From: Mobula birostris
Taxonomy: Eukaryota
NCBI RefSeq assembly: GCF_030028105.1
Contig: NC_092380.1
Coordinates: 29,475,144-29,539,143, forward strand
Direction: 5' to 3'
Length of the DNA: 64,000 nt
Position numbers and translations under genes: made by a program. The notes beneath the pieces are model-generated. The model saw nothing but the letters and a program-made list of their open reading frames with translations. It did not search any database and had not been told where the DNA came from. Positions 1-12,950 of this stretch are shown piece by piece. Within the stretch, counting starts at the first letter, position 1; each line of letters opens with the position of its first letter.

Positions 1-279
1 GAACTCTCAATGGATATGATTAAATATTCTCATTTCAGCCTGATACAGCTGAAAAGCACAACTGCTTTCAATGTTAGTACAGTCAACAAAGATGTCTTAA
101 TGCATTTCAACAAACTACCGCTGCTTAAAACTGACAGAAACAATGCTGATTGTAGACGGATTTAATATATATTATTTCTGTTTTTTTGCATGATTTTAAT
201 GTATTCAATATGCATATACTGTAATTGATTTACTGATTTATTATTATTTTTTTTCTTCTGTATTATACTTTATACATTA

Positions 280-1580
280 TTTTCGCCAAACAATTGGTAC
301 TAGAACGTACAATCATCACAGCGATAATTGATTCTGCGCTTCACACTCCCTGAATTACAAATATTAAAAATATTAAAAATAGTTAAAATTAGTAAATATT
401 AAAAATTTAAATTATAAATCATAAATAGAAAATAGAAAAATGGGAAGTAAGATAGTGCAAAAAAAACTGAGCGGCAGGTCGAGATATTTGGAGGGTACGG
501 CCCAGATCCAGGTCAGGATCCGCTCAGCAGTCTTATCACAGTTGGAAAGAAGCTGTTCCCAAACCTGGCCGTACGAGTCTTCAAGCTCCTGAACCTTCTC
601 CCGGAGGGAAGAGGGACGAAAAGTGTGTTGGCTGGGTGGGTCGTGTCCTTGATTATCCTAGCAACACTATTCCAACAGCATGCGGTGTAAAGTGAGTCCA
701 CGGACGGAAGATTGGTTTGTGTGATGTGCTGCGCCGTGTTCACGATCTTCTGCAGCTTCTTTCGGTCTTGGACAGGACAACTTCCATACCAGGTTGTGAT
801 GCACCCTAGAAGAATGCTTTCTACAGTGCATCTATAAAAATTAGTGAGGGTTTTAGGGGACAGGCCAAAGTTCTTTAGTTTTCTCAGGAAGTAGAGGCGC
901 TGGTGGGCCTTCTTGGCAGTGAACTCTGCTTGGTTGGACCAAGTCAGGTCAGTTGTGATATTGACCCCTAGGAACTTAAAGCTTTTGACCTGTTCCACTT
1001 GCGCATCACCGATGTAAATTGGGTCGTGTGGTCCGCTACTCCTTCTGAAGTCAACAACCAATTCCTTCATCTTGCTGACGTTGAGGGATAGGTTATTTTC
1101 TTCGCACCATGCCACCAGGTTCTTAATTTCCTCTCTGTACTCAAACTCATCATTACCCGAGATACGGCCTACAATTGTTGTGTCATCAGCAAACTTATAT
1201 ATTGAGTTTGATGGAAACTTGGCTACACAATCATGGGTGTACAGTGAGTACAGCAGGGGGCTGAGTACACAGCCTTGTGGGGCACCAGTGCTCAGAGTGA
1301 TTGTAGAGGAGAGCTTGTCCCCTATATTTACAGCCTGGGTCCTGTCTGTGAAGAAGTTGAAGATCCAGCTGCAGATCTGAGTGCCAATTTGGAATGACGG
1401 TATTAAAGGCAGAGCTGTAGTCAATGAAAAGGAGCTTTATGTATGCGTCTTTATTCTCCAGGTGTTCTAAGGAGGAATGTAGGGCCAGAGAGATGGCATC
1501 TGCTGTTGACCTGTTGCTCCGGTAGGCGAATTGCAAAGCGTCGAGGTTGACCGGTAGGCTGTGGGGTTGACCGGTAGGCT
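280..1580 (-). mobile_element. Rex1/Babar-clade non-LTR retrotransposon, 5'-truncated (RT C-terminal half plus 3' UTR)
   Basis: ORFs 513-1424 and 1231-1602 give [27 protein letters not shown] and [43 protein letters not shown], typical of Rex1/Babar RT, with an internal deletion/frameshift near 1385. It interrupts an older + strand Rex 3' tail (about 160-275 and 1591-1672). Confidence 0.85.
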
Positions 1581-1672
1581 TCAATGCAATTATGTATTGC
1601 ATTGAACTGCTGCTGCTAAGTTAACAAATTTTGTGACACATACCGATGATAATAAACCTGATTCTGATTCTG

Positions 1673-2960
1673 ACATTACATTTGCCTTCCTCACCACCGG
1701 CTCAACCTGCAAGTTAATTTTTAATGAATCCTGCACAGGGATTCTCAAATCCCTTTGCACCTCAGATTTATGAATTTTCCCTCCATTTTTAAAATAGTCT
1801 GCACTTTATTCCTTCTACAAAAATGCATGACCATACACTGTATTCCATCAGCCACTTCTTTGCCCATGCTCCCAACCTGTCTTAGTCCTTCAACACTACC
1901 TGCCCCTCCACCTATTTTTGTATCATCCACAAACTTGGCCACAAAGTCATCAATTCTGTCACCCAAGTCACTGACATAAAATGTGAAACAAAGCAGTCCC
2001 AAAACTGGCCGCTGCAGATCACTACCAGTCACTGGCAGCCTCGCAGAAAAAGCCCCCTTTATTCCCACTCTTTACTTCCTGCCAGTCAGCCAATGCTCTA
2101 TCTTTGCTAGTATCTTTTCTGTAATACCATGAACACTTACCTTGCTAAGCAGCCTCATGTGTGAGACCTTGTCAAAGGCTTTGTAAAAATCCAGATTCAC
2201 CACATGCGTGGTTCTCCTTTGTCTATCCTGCTTTTTCTTTCCTCAAAGAATACCAACAAATTTGACAGGCAAGATTTCCCCTTTGGGAAACCAAGCTGAT
2301 TTTGGCTTCTTTTATCATGTGCCTCCAAGTACCCTGAAACATACTTAATAATGGACTCTAATATCTTCCAAGCCACCAAAGTCAGGGTAAGTGCCCTATA
2401 ATTTCCTTTCTTCTGCCTCCCACCCTTCTCAAAGAGTAGAGTCACACTTGCTATTTTCCAGCCCTCCAAAACCAATCCAGAATTTGTAAATGTGGAAAAA
2501 TTATTGCTGATGCTTCCACAATCTCTTCAGCCACCTCTTTTAGAACCCTGTGTGTAGTCCATCTGGTCCAGGTGACTTATCTACCTTCAGAATTTGCAGC
2601 TTCACGGGCACCTTCTCCTTAGTAATAGCAACAATACTTCTATCCCCTGATACTCTCACATTTCTGGCATTCTCTCATGTCTTCCACAGTGAAGACTGAC
2701 ATAGAATACTTCTTAAGTTTATTCAACATTTCTTTGTGCCCCACTCCTATTTCTCCAACATCATTTCCCAGCAGTTCAATACCCACTATTGCCTCTCTTT
2801 TACTCCTTATATACCTGAGAAAAACTTTTTGTATCCTCTTTTGAATTATTGGCTAACTTACCTTTATATTTTATCTTTTCTCCCGTTATGGTTTTCCTAA
2901 TTGCCTTCTGTTAGTTTTTAAAAGCTGCACAGTCCTCTAACTCACCAGTAATTTTTGCTC
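1673..2960 (-). mobile_element. Old degenerate CR1 LINE, RT part (continues at 8941-10870)
   Basis: Broken ORFs with KFVDDTKIGG and WKIASVTLLFEKGGRQKKGNYR..GKSCLSNLLVFFEE. Colinear with the 8941 piece when both are compared with the younger CR1 at 5440-5560. Confidence 0.8.
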
Positions 2961-3521
2961 GCAAACACGAGGTATTCTGCAGATGCTGGAAATTCAAGCT
3001 ACACACATCAAAGTTGCTGGTGAACGCAGCAGGCCAGGCAGCATCTCTAGGAAGAGGTACAGTCGATGTTTCAGGCTGAGACCTTTCGTCAGGACTAACT
3101 GAAAGAAGAGCTAGTAAGAGATTTGAAAGTGGGAGGGAGAGGGGAGATCCAAAATGATAGGAGAAGACAGGAGGCGGAGGGATGGAGCCGAGAGCTGGAC
3201 AGGTGATTGGCAAAAGGGATATGAGAGGATCATGGGACAGGAGGCCCAGTGAGAAGGAAAAGGAGGAGGGGGGGGAAACCCAGAGGACGGGCAAGGGGTA
3301 TAGTCAGAGGGACAGAGGGAGAAAAAGGAGAGAGAGAGAAAGAATGTATGTATATAAATAAATAACAGATGGGGTACGAGGGGGAGGTGGGGCATTAGCG
3401 TAAGTCTGAGAAGTCAATGTTCATGCCATCAGGTTGGAGGCTACCCAGACGGAATATAAGGTGTTGTTCCTCCAACCTGAATGAGGCTTCATCTTTAGAG
3501 GAGACCGTGGATCGACATATC
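2961..3521 (-). mobile_element. Penelope-like element, 3' part / pseudo-LTR (continuation of 7264-8465)
   Basis: RLEEQHLIFRLGSLQPDGMNIDF (end of the GIY-YIG domain), a pyrimidine-rich tract and a terminal region carrying a hammerhead motif. Confidence 0.8.
3061..3096 (-). ncRNA. Minimal type-I hammerhead ribozyme motif (probably mutated) in the Penelope pseudo-LTR
   Basis: Minus strand reads AGUC-CUGACGA-A-AGG-ucucag-CCU-GAAAC-AUC-GACU: core CUGANGA and GAAA, stem I AGUC/GACU, stem II AGG/CCU. Confidence 0.65.
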
Positions 3522-6500
3522 AATAGAGAATAGACAGTAGGTGCAGGAGTAGGCCATTCAGTCCTTCGAGCCAACACCGCCATTCACTATGATCATGGCT
3601 GATCGTCCACAATCAGTATCCAGTTCCTGCCTTATCCCCATAACCTGTGATTCCTCTATCTTTAAGAGCTCTATCCATCTCTTTTTTGAAAGCATCCAGA
3701 GACTTGGCCTCCACAGCCTTCTGGGGCAGAGCATTCCATATATCCACCACTGTCTGGGTGAAAAAGTTTTTCCTCAACTCCGTTCTAAATGGCCTACCCC
3801 TAATTCTTAAACTGTAGCCTCTGGTTCTGGACTCACCCATCAGCGGGAACATGCTTCCTGCTTGCAACGTGTCCAATCCCTTAATAATCTTATATGTTTC
3901 AATAAAATCCCCTCTCAGCCTTCTAAATTCCAGAGTATACAAGCCCAGTCACTCCAATCTTTCGACATAAGACAGTCCCGCCATCCCGGGAATTAACCTT
4001 GTGAACCTACGCTGCACTCCCTCAATAGCAAGAATGTCCTACCTCAAATTTGGAGACCAAAACTGCACACAGTACTCCAGGTGTGGTCTCACCAGGGCCC
4101 TGTACAGCTGCAGAAGGACCTCTTTGCTCTTATACTCAATTCCCCTTGTTATGAAGACCAGCATGCCATTAGCTTTCTTCACTGCCTGCTGCACTTGCAT
4201 GCTTGCTTTCAGTGACTGATGTACAAGAACACCTAGATCTCATTGTGCTTCCCCTTTTCCTAACTTGACTCCATTTAGATAATAATCTGCCTTCCCGTTC
4301 TTACCACCAAAGTGGATAACCTCACATTTATTCACATTAAACTGCATCTGCCCACTCACCCAGCCTGTCCAAGTCACCCTGCATTCTCATAACATCCTCC
4401 TCACATTTCACACTGCCACCCAGCTTTGTGTCATCGGCAAATGTGCTAATGTTACTTTTAATTCCCTCATCTAAATCATTAATATATTTTGTAAACAGCT
4501 GCGGTCCCAGCACTGAACCCTGCAGTACCCCACTGGTCACCGCCTGCCATTCCGAAAAGGACCCGTTAATCTCTACTCTTTGTTTTCTGTCAGCCAGCCA
4601 ATTTTCAATCCATGTCAGTACTCTGCCCCCAATACCATGTGCCCTAATTTTGCCCACTAATCTCCTATTTGGGACTTTATCAAAGGCTTTCTGAAAGTCC
4701 AGGTACACTACATCCACTGGCTCTCCCTTGTCCATTTTCATAGTTACATCCTCAAAAAATTCCAGAAGATTAGTCAAGCACGATTTCCTCTTCATAAATC
4801 CATGCTGACTCGGACCAATCCTGTTACTGCTATCCAGATGTGTCGTAATTTCATCTTTTATAATTGACTCCAGCATCTTTCCCACCACCGACGTCAGGCT
4901 AACCGGTCTATAATTCCCTGTTTTCTCTCTTCCTCTCTTCTTAAAGAAAGGGACAACATTAGCCACCCTCCAATCCACAGGAACTGATCCTGAATCTATA
5001 GAACATTGGAAAATGATTACCAATGCATCCACGATTTCTAAAGCCACCTCCTTAAGTACCCTGGGATGCAGACCATCAGGTCCCAGGGACTTATCAGCCT
5101 TCAGACCCAACAGTCTATCCAACACCATTTCCTGCCTAAGATAAATTTCCTTCAATTCATCCATTACCCTAGGTCCTTTGGCCACTATTACATCTGGGAG
5201 ATTGTTTGTGTCTTCCCTAGTGAAGACAGATCCAAAGTACCTGTTCAACTCGTCTGCCATTTCCTTGTTCCCCATAATAAATTCACCCGCTTCTGTCTTC
5301 AAGGGCCCAATCTTGGTCTTAACTATTTTTTCCCTTTTCACATACCTAAAGAAGCTTTTACTATCCTCCTTTATATTCTTGGCTAGTTTACCTTCATACC
5401 TCATTTTTTTTCCGCGTATTGCCTTTTAGCTACCTTCTGTTGCTCTTTAAAAGTTTCCCAATCCTCCGGCTTCCCACTCGTCTTTGCTATGTTATACTTC
5501 TTCTCTTTTATTTTTATACTGTCCATTACTTCCCTTGTCAGCCACGGCCTCCCCATACTCCCCTTAGGATCTTTCTTCCTCTTTGGAATGAACTGATCCT
5601 GTACCTTCCACATTATTCCCAGAAACACTTGCCATTGCTGTTCCACTGTTATCCCTGCTAGGGTATTGTTCCACTGAACTTTGGCCAGCTCCTTCCTCAT
5701 AGCACCATAGTTCCCTTTGTTCAACTGTAATACTGACACTTCTGAGTTTCCCTTCTCCCTCTCAAATTGTAGATCAAAACTTATCATATTATGGTCACTA
5801 CCTCCTAATGGCTCCTTTACCTCGAGGTCCCTGATCAAATCCGGTTCATTGCACGACACTAAATCTAGAATTGCGTTCTCTCTGGTAGGCTCCAGTACAA
5901 GCTGTTTTAAGAATCCATCTCGGAGGGACTCTACAAACTCCCTTTCTTGGGGTCCAGTACTAACCTGATTCCTCCAGTCTACCTGCATGTTGAAATCCCC
6001 CATAACAACTGTAGCATTACCTTTGCGACATGCCAATTTTAACTACTGACTCAACTTACACCCTACATCCAGACTACTGTTTGGGGGCCTGTAGATAACT
6101 CCCATTAGGGTCTTTCTACCCTTAGAAGTTCTCAGTTCTATCCATACTGACTCTACGTCTCCTGATTCTATGTCCCCCCTCGCAAGGGACTGAATGTCAT
6201 TTCTCACCAACAGAGCCACCCCACCCCCTCTGCCAACCTGCCTGTCCTTTCGATAGGACGTATACCCTTGAATATTCGTTTCCCAGGCCCTGTCCACGTG
6301 AAGCCATGTCTCTGTTATTCCCACAACATCACACTTACCAATTTCCAGCTGTGCCTCAAGCTCATCCACTTTATTTCTTATACTCCGTGCATTCATATAC
6401 AATACTTTTAATTCATTACTCCCCTCACCTCCCATATCAATTCCTATTTCACTTGGCCATAGTGTACGATCCCTTCTTGAGCTTTCTGCTCTGTTGATTC

Positions 6501-7263
6501 TGCTGTCATTCTTAACTTTTCTTATTCTCACTTTCCCTTTATCTCCATCCTTACGTTTCCAGTTCGTCCCCTCTCCCCACGACTTAGTTTAAACACACCC
6601 GTGTTGCAGAGGCAAACCTGGCTGCCAGAATGCTGGTGCCCCACTTATTAAGGTGCAACCCGTCCCTTTTGTACAATTCGTCCTTACCCTGAAACATACC
6701 CCAGTGGTACAAGAATATAAATCCTTGCTTCCTGCACCAGTTCCTCAGCCACACATTCAGATCCATTATCTCCCTGTTCTTGACCACTCCAGCAAGGGGA
6801 ACTGGAAGCAAACCGGAGATAACCACCCTGGAAGTCCTGCTTTTCAGCCTTCTTCCGAGTTCTCTGAAGTCACGCTGTAGAATGTCTTTCCTCTTCTTCC
6901 CCACGTCATTCGTGCCGACATGCACCACCACTTCCGGATGCTCACCTTCACTCTTGAGAATTCCCTGCAGTCAGTCCGTGACATCCTGGATCCTGACACC
7001 AGGGAGGCAACACACCATCCTTAAATCTCGCCTGTTGCCACAGAAACCGCTTTCTGTACCTCTCACTATGGAGTCTCCTCCTACCACGGCTCTGCCTGAC
7101 GTCTGTCTCCTCGGCTTTGCCTCAGCACCAATTGTTGATTCGCAGACCCGTCCGCCTCTCAGACTGGCACTGTTTTCTGCCCCGACAGCTTCCAAGAGGG
7201 AGAACCTGTTTACGAGAAGCACATCTCCCGGGGTCTCCTGTACTTCAAGCATCCTTTCCTTGA
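3522..7263 (-). mobile_element. Relatively young CR1 LINE, truncated within ORF1. ORF1 is an SGNH esterase-like domain; ORF2 (APE endonuclease + RT) has a few frameshifts/stops.
   Basis: ORF1: VVGGDSIVRG, VVHVGTND, DGLH (6584-7250). ORF2: YMNARSIRNK..GITETWL, MGDFN, GSDH, GNYRPVSLTS, YLDFQKAFDKV, FADDTKLGG, LEFRRLRGD (3613-6531). CR1 3' tail at 3522-3600. Confidence 0.95.
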
Positions 7264-8465
7264 AGAATGGGATGGGACGTGGAATTAAAATGTGTGGCCA
7301 CTGGGAGATCCTGCTTTCTCTGGCAGACAGAGTGTAGGTGTTCAGTGAAACGATCTCCCAGTCTGCGTCGGGTCTCACCAATATATAGAAGGCCACTTCG
7401 GGAGCATCGGACGCAGTATATCACCCCAGCCGACTCACAGGTGAAGTGTCGCCTCACCTGGAAGTACTGTCTGGGGCTCTGAATGGTGGTAAGGGAAGAA
7501 GTGTAAGGGCATGTGTAGCACTTGTTCCGCTTACTATAAGTGCCAGGAGGGAGATTGGTGGGGAGGGATGCAGGGGGACGAATGGACAAGGGAGTCGCGT
7601 AGGGAGCGATCCCTGCAGAATGCAGAGGGGGGGAGGGAAAGATGTGCTTAGTGGTGGGATCCCATTGGAGGTGGCGGAAGTTATGGAGAATAATATGTTG
7701 GACCCAGAGGCTGGTGGGGTGGTGGATGAGGACCAGGGGAACCCTATTCCTGATGGGGTGGCGGGAGGATGGCGTGAGAGCAGATGTGCGTGAAATGTGG
7801 GAGATGCGTCTGAGAGCAGAGTTGATGGTGGAGGGAGGGAACCCCCTTTCTTTAAAAAAGGAGGACATCTCCCTCATCCTGGAATGAAAAGCCTCAACCT
7901 GAGAGCAGATGCGGTGGAGATGGAGGAATTGCGAGAAGGGGATGGCATTTTTGCAAGAGACAGGTTGAGAAGAGGAATAGTCCAGATAGCTGTGAGAGTC
8001 AGTAGGCTTATAGTAGACATCAGTAGATAAGCTGTCTCCAGAGATAGAGACAGAAAGATCTAGAAAGGGGAGGGAGGTGACGGAAATGGACCAGGTAAAC
8101 TTGAGGGCAGGGTGAAAGTTGGAGGCAAAGTTAAAGAAGTCAACGAGCTCAGCATGCGTGCAGGAAGCAGCACCAATGCAGTCGTCGATGTAGCGAAGGA
8201 AAAGTGGGGGACAGATACCAGAATAGATTTGGAACATAGATTGCTCCACAAAGCCAACAAAAAGGCCGGCATAGCTAGGACCCATACGGGTGCCCATAGC
8301 TACACCTTTAGTTTGGAGGAAGTGGGAGGAGCCAAAGGAGAAATTATTAAGAGTAAGGACTAATTCTGCTAGATGGAGCAGAGTGGTGGTAGAGGGGAAC
8401 TGATTAGGTCTGGAATCCAAAAAGAAGTGGAGTGCTTTGAAACCTTCCTGATGGGGGGTGGAAGT
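7264..8465 (-). mobile_element. Penelope-like element: RT C-terminal half plus GIY-YIG endonuclease
   Basis: ORF 7245-8540: GVAMGTRMGPSYA, RYIDDC, LPFLD, DVYYKPT; then CYTC and VIYCVRC..LYIGET.RRL..RFTEH (GIY-YIG). Confidence 0.9.
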
Positions 8466-8940
8466 ATAGAAACATAGAAAATAGGTGCAGGAGTAGGCCA
8501 TTCGGCCCTTCGAGCCTGCACCGCCATTTATTATGATCATGGCTGATCATCCAACTCAGAACACCGCCCCAGCCTTCCCTCCATACCCCCTGACCCCCGT
8601 AGCCACAAGGGCCATATCTAACTCCCTCTTAAATATAGCCAATGAACTGGCCTCAACTGTTTCCTGTGGCAGAGAATTCCACAGATTCACCACTCTCTGT
8701 GTGAAGAAGTTTTTCCTCATCTCGGTCCTAAAAGGCATCCCCTCTATCCTCAAACTGTGACCCCTCATTCTGGACTTCCCCAACATCGGGAACAATCTTC
8801 CTGCATCTAGCCTGTCCAATCCCTTTAGGATCTTATACGTTTCAATCAGATCCCCCCTCAATCTTCTAAATTCCAACGAGTACAAGCCCAGTTCATCCAG
8901 TCTTTCTTCATATGAAAGTCCTGCCATCCCAGGAATCAAT
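8466..8940 (-). mobile_element. CR1 3'-end fragment
   Basis: MIPGMAGLSYEERLDELGLYSLEFRRLRGDLIETYKI.. followed by the CR1 3' UTR and a tttctatg tail. Confidence 0.9.
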
Positions 8941-10870
8941 GCTGTCTTTGACCTCCCCTGTTAACCGTAGTTGCCTCAACCTCCCTTTAGAATATTCCTC
9001 ATCTTTGGGATGTATCTTTCCTGTACCTTCTGAATTTTTTCCCAAAACACCAGCCATTGATGTTGTACCATCATCCCTCCTAGTGTCCCCTGCCAATCAA
9101 CTTTGGCCAGCTCCTCTCTCATGCCTCTGTAATTCCCTTCTCTCCACTGTAATATGGATACATCGCTCCATTTCAAACTGCAGAGTAAGTCTGTTGTATT
9201 ATGATCACTGCCTTCTAAGGGTTCCTTTATTTTAAACTTCCTAATCAAATCTGGATCATTGCGTTAACACCCAATCTAGAATTACCATTCTCCTAGTAGG
9301 CTCAACCACAAGTTGCTCTAAAAAGCCATCTCATAGGCATTCTACAAATTCCCTCCAGCACCAATTGGACTTTCCCATTCTACCTCCATTTTGAAATCCA
9401 TCATTATCGCAATGTTGCCTTTTTTTGCACTCCTGTTCTATCTCCCGATGTAATTTGCATCGCACATTTTAGCTACTGTTTGGAAGCTTGTATATAACTC
9501 CCATCAGGATATTTTTACTACCTTGCAGTTTCTTAACTCTACCCACAAGGATTCTACATCTTCCAATCCTATGTTACCTCTTTCTCAGGATTTGATTCCA
9601 TTTTTACCAACAGAGCCACATCACCCCCTCTGCCTACCTGCCTGTCCCTATGATACAATGGGTATCCTTGGATGTTATGCTCCCAACTATGAAATTGTTT
9701 CAGCCATGACTTGGAGATGCCCACAACATTTTACCTACTAATCTGTAAATGTGCTAAAAGATCATCTACCTTATTCCATATACCGTGTGCATTCAAATAA
9801 AACACCTTCAGTCCTATATTCATCACCCTTCTTGATTCTGTCCCCCATTGCACTTTATCTCATCCCACTGACTGCAATTTTGCCCCATCATCTGCCTGTC
9901 CTACCTCACAGTCTCACTACACACTGCATCTACTTGCGTACCAACTGACCCATCCTCAACCATAATCACTCTGGTTCCTCCATCCCTTGCCAAATTAATT
10001 AAAACACTCTCCAACAGCTTTCGCAAACCTGCCCGTAAGGATACTGGTCCCCCCTCGGGTTCAGGTGTAACCTGTACTTTTTGTACAGGTCGTACCTTCC
10101 TTGGAAGATGTCCTAATGATCCAGAAATCTGAAACTCTGCCCCTTGCACCAATTGCTCAGCCACACATTCATCTGTCCTATCAACCTGTTCTTACCCTCA
10201 CTGACAGGTGGTACCTGCAACAATCTGGAGATTTACTACACTGGAGATCCTGCTTTTCAGCCTACTGTCTAATTCCCTATATTATCTCTTCAGGACCTGC
10301 TCCCATTTCCTATCTGTGTCACTGGTACAAATATGTACTTACATCTGTTCACCTTCCCACTTTAGAATGTCATGGACCTGATCCGAGGCAGCCATGATCC
10401 TGCCACCTGTGAGGCAACATACCATCTGCATGTCTCTTTCACATCCAGAGAATCTGCTTTTTGGTCCTCTAAAACCCTGTCACTACTGCACTTCTCTTCT
10501 CCGCCCATTCCTTCTGAGCCACAGAGCCAGACACAGTGCCAGAAACATGGTCACTGAGGCTTCCCCCGGCAGGTTGTTTCCCCACCTCCCCAACAGTATC
10601 CAAAGCAGTATATTTATTATTGAGGGGTACTCTTCGCTGGCTGCCTATTCCCTTTCCCTCTTCTGATAGTCACCCAGGTACCTGTCTCCTGTAACTTAGA
10701 GATAGCTACCTCCATGTATCTCCTATCTATTACCTCCTCATTCTCCAGTGTCAGCCGAGGGTTATCGAGATGCCACTCTAGTTCCTTAAAACTGTCTCCA
10801 TGGAGCTGCAGCTTGATGCACTTCATGCAGATATAGTTATTAGGGAGACTTGAGGTCTCACATTTCACAC
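8941..10870 (-). mobile_element. Old degenerate CR1, endonuclease and ORF1 part
   Basis: KEPLEGSDH and GNYRGMREELAKVDW; ORF1 remnant with C..C zinc finger (YICMKCIKLQL..ELEWHLD) at 10617-10868. Confidence 0.75.
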
Positions 10871-11219
10871 AAAGGACATACCACTACCTCCAAATCCATT
10901 CTTTGCACACTAGCTATGTACTAACAGATAAAAAACTTAGCAGAAACTTTCTAAATTACTTACTTAGGAACTCCTCCTGTACTTGCCTAAGCCTGCTGAG
11001 ACAAAGACAAACCACACAAACAATGCCCCACTCACACAATGGCTGCTCCACTTACATCTTTCTTTTTATTGGCCCCCATGGTAATTGCAGTCTACCAAAA
11101 AAAAAAGGCCAAAAAGCTTACTAGGTTTATTTAAACCTCATGCTGCATCACGAATGAATGGTCTCTCATGCTGATCGCCACCCTCTGAGAAAAATGCTGA
11201 AAAGTACCTGAGCTCTGGT

Positions 11220-11911
11220 TGAGAGGCGGAGGAGGAGAAGATGGCGGCATGACGTAGCGCACGCGGACTCTCCGGTGAATGATATCTGTGATCTGTCAAG
11301 TAGGGTACCATGCACAATTCTGATTTGATGGAGACAGACATGAGAGTATGGAGGAACATCTGGAAAACTTCTGAAATGCCCGCTTCGCTGCCGCTGCCAC
11401 TGTGTGGTAACCGGAATCTCCGGAGCAGAAGGACCCGAATCCTTGGCTTTGCTTGTTTCAGCGGCCGGGGCTAGGTCGAAGGCGCTCGGCAGAGGATGGC
11501 GCTCGGGAGGTTGTATTGGAGGGGCTGGTCAGAGGCTCGAAGTTTTCGGATGGACGGACTTGGTGTCGGCTGTGGTCGGCTGCTTCCAAGGCATCGGCAG
11601 TTGTCGGTGCCTTGGAGGTTTATGGCAGGAAGTTTCTTCCTTTTGACGCCTGCTATCGGGGACTCGGGAGTCGATCGGGACTTGAGACTTTTTTTTTACC
11701 ATGCCCATGGTCTGTTCTTTATCAAATTATGGTATTGTTTGGCACTGCTGTAACTATATGTTATAATTATGTGGTTCTGTCAGTGTTAGTCTTTGGTTTG
11801 TCCTGTTTTCTGTGATATCACTCTGGAGGAACATTGTATCATTTCTTAATGCATGTATGCATTTCTAAATGTCAATAAAAGAGGACTGAGTGTTCTCATA
11901 ATCTAAAAAAA
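11220..11911 (+). mobile_element. Non-autonomous retroposon (~690 bp), GC-rich head, A-rich tail
   Basis: Starts gaggagaagatggcggc and ends caataaaagaggactgagtgttctcataatctaaaaaaa. A near-identical 3' end recurs inverted at 17379-17445. No convincing ORF. Confidence 0.55.
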
Positions 11912-11922
11912 CTTCAGCTGTG

Positions 11923-12255
11923 TCACCAGCAAACTAACTCTTGCACTGATTGACATCGGCAGAGAAAAATGTCATTGATGGCAGGTGGTCTGGTGCCAGT
12001 GATGTGTTGGGCTGTTTTGACTACCCATTTTATAGCCTTCGTGTCTGCCACAGTGCAGTTTCCATACCATACAACGATGCAGCTTGTTAGGATGGTCTCT
12101 ACTGCACATCTGCAAAAAGGCATGAGTATTGTCTATTGTTATGCATAGTCCAGCTCTGTTCAGCCTTCTCAGAAAGTAGAAGGATTGGTAAGCTCTCCTG
12201 ATCGCATAGAGTGGGTTCAGAGACCGGGAGTGGTTGTGCAAGATATGCACTACTG
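11923..12255 (-). mobile_element. Degenerate Rex1/Babar RT C-terminal fragment
   Basis: RRAYQSFYFLRRL and FCRCAVETILTSCIVVWYGNC. Confidence 0.75.
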
Positions 12256-12299
12256 ACTTAATTTAGGGTTGACCCTAATTTATAGTTTTTCCTTATTAT

Positions 12300-12950
12300 G
12301 TACAGTATTGAAATGTACAGGGACTGATTAGGGAGAGTCAAAATGGCTTTGTGGTAGATCCTAACTAATCTTACAGACTTTTTCAAGGAAATTACCAGGA
12401 AAGCAAGGCAGTGAATGTTGTTTACATGAACTTTAGCAAAGCCTTTGACAATGCTCAGCATGGGAGTGTTGTGAAGAAGTTTCGGTCATTTGATATTCAA
12501 GATGAGGTAGTAAATTCGTAGCAGATAGTCACCTCTCTGACTGGACGCCTGTGACTCACAGCGAGGCTGGGTCCATTGCTGTTTGTCATCAATATCAGTG
12601 ATTTGAAAGGTGATATGGTGAACTGAATCAGCAAATTTGCAGATGACACCAAGATTGGGGATGTAGTGGACGGAAAGGCAGACTACCAAAGCCTGCAGTG
12701 GGATCTGGAGCAACTAGACAAATGGGCAGAAAAATGGCAGATTGAATTTAATGCAGACAAGTGTGAGGTGTTACATTTTGGGAGGACCAACCAGGGTAGG
12801 TCTTCATGGTGAGCAGTCAGGCACTAGGAGTACGCTAGAACAGAGGGATCTGAGAATACAAATCTAGAATTTTTTGAAAGTGGAGTCACAGTTAGATCGG
12901 GTCTTAAACATAGCTTTTGGCATTTGGTCTTAATAAATCGACGTGTTGAG
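12300..12950 (+). mobile_element. Degenerate CR1 RT fragment
   Basis: tttagcaaagcctttgacaa (FSKAFD), aaatttgcagatgacaccaag (KFADDTK) and the KWQIEFNADKCEVLHFG coding stretch. Confidence 0.75.

Noticed and set aside
513-1424. Host gene
   Set aside because: The motifs are those of Rex1/Babar reverse transcriptase, frameshifted and truncated.
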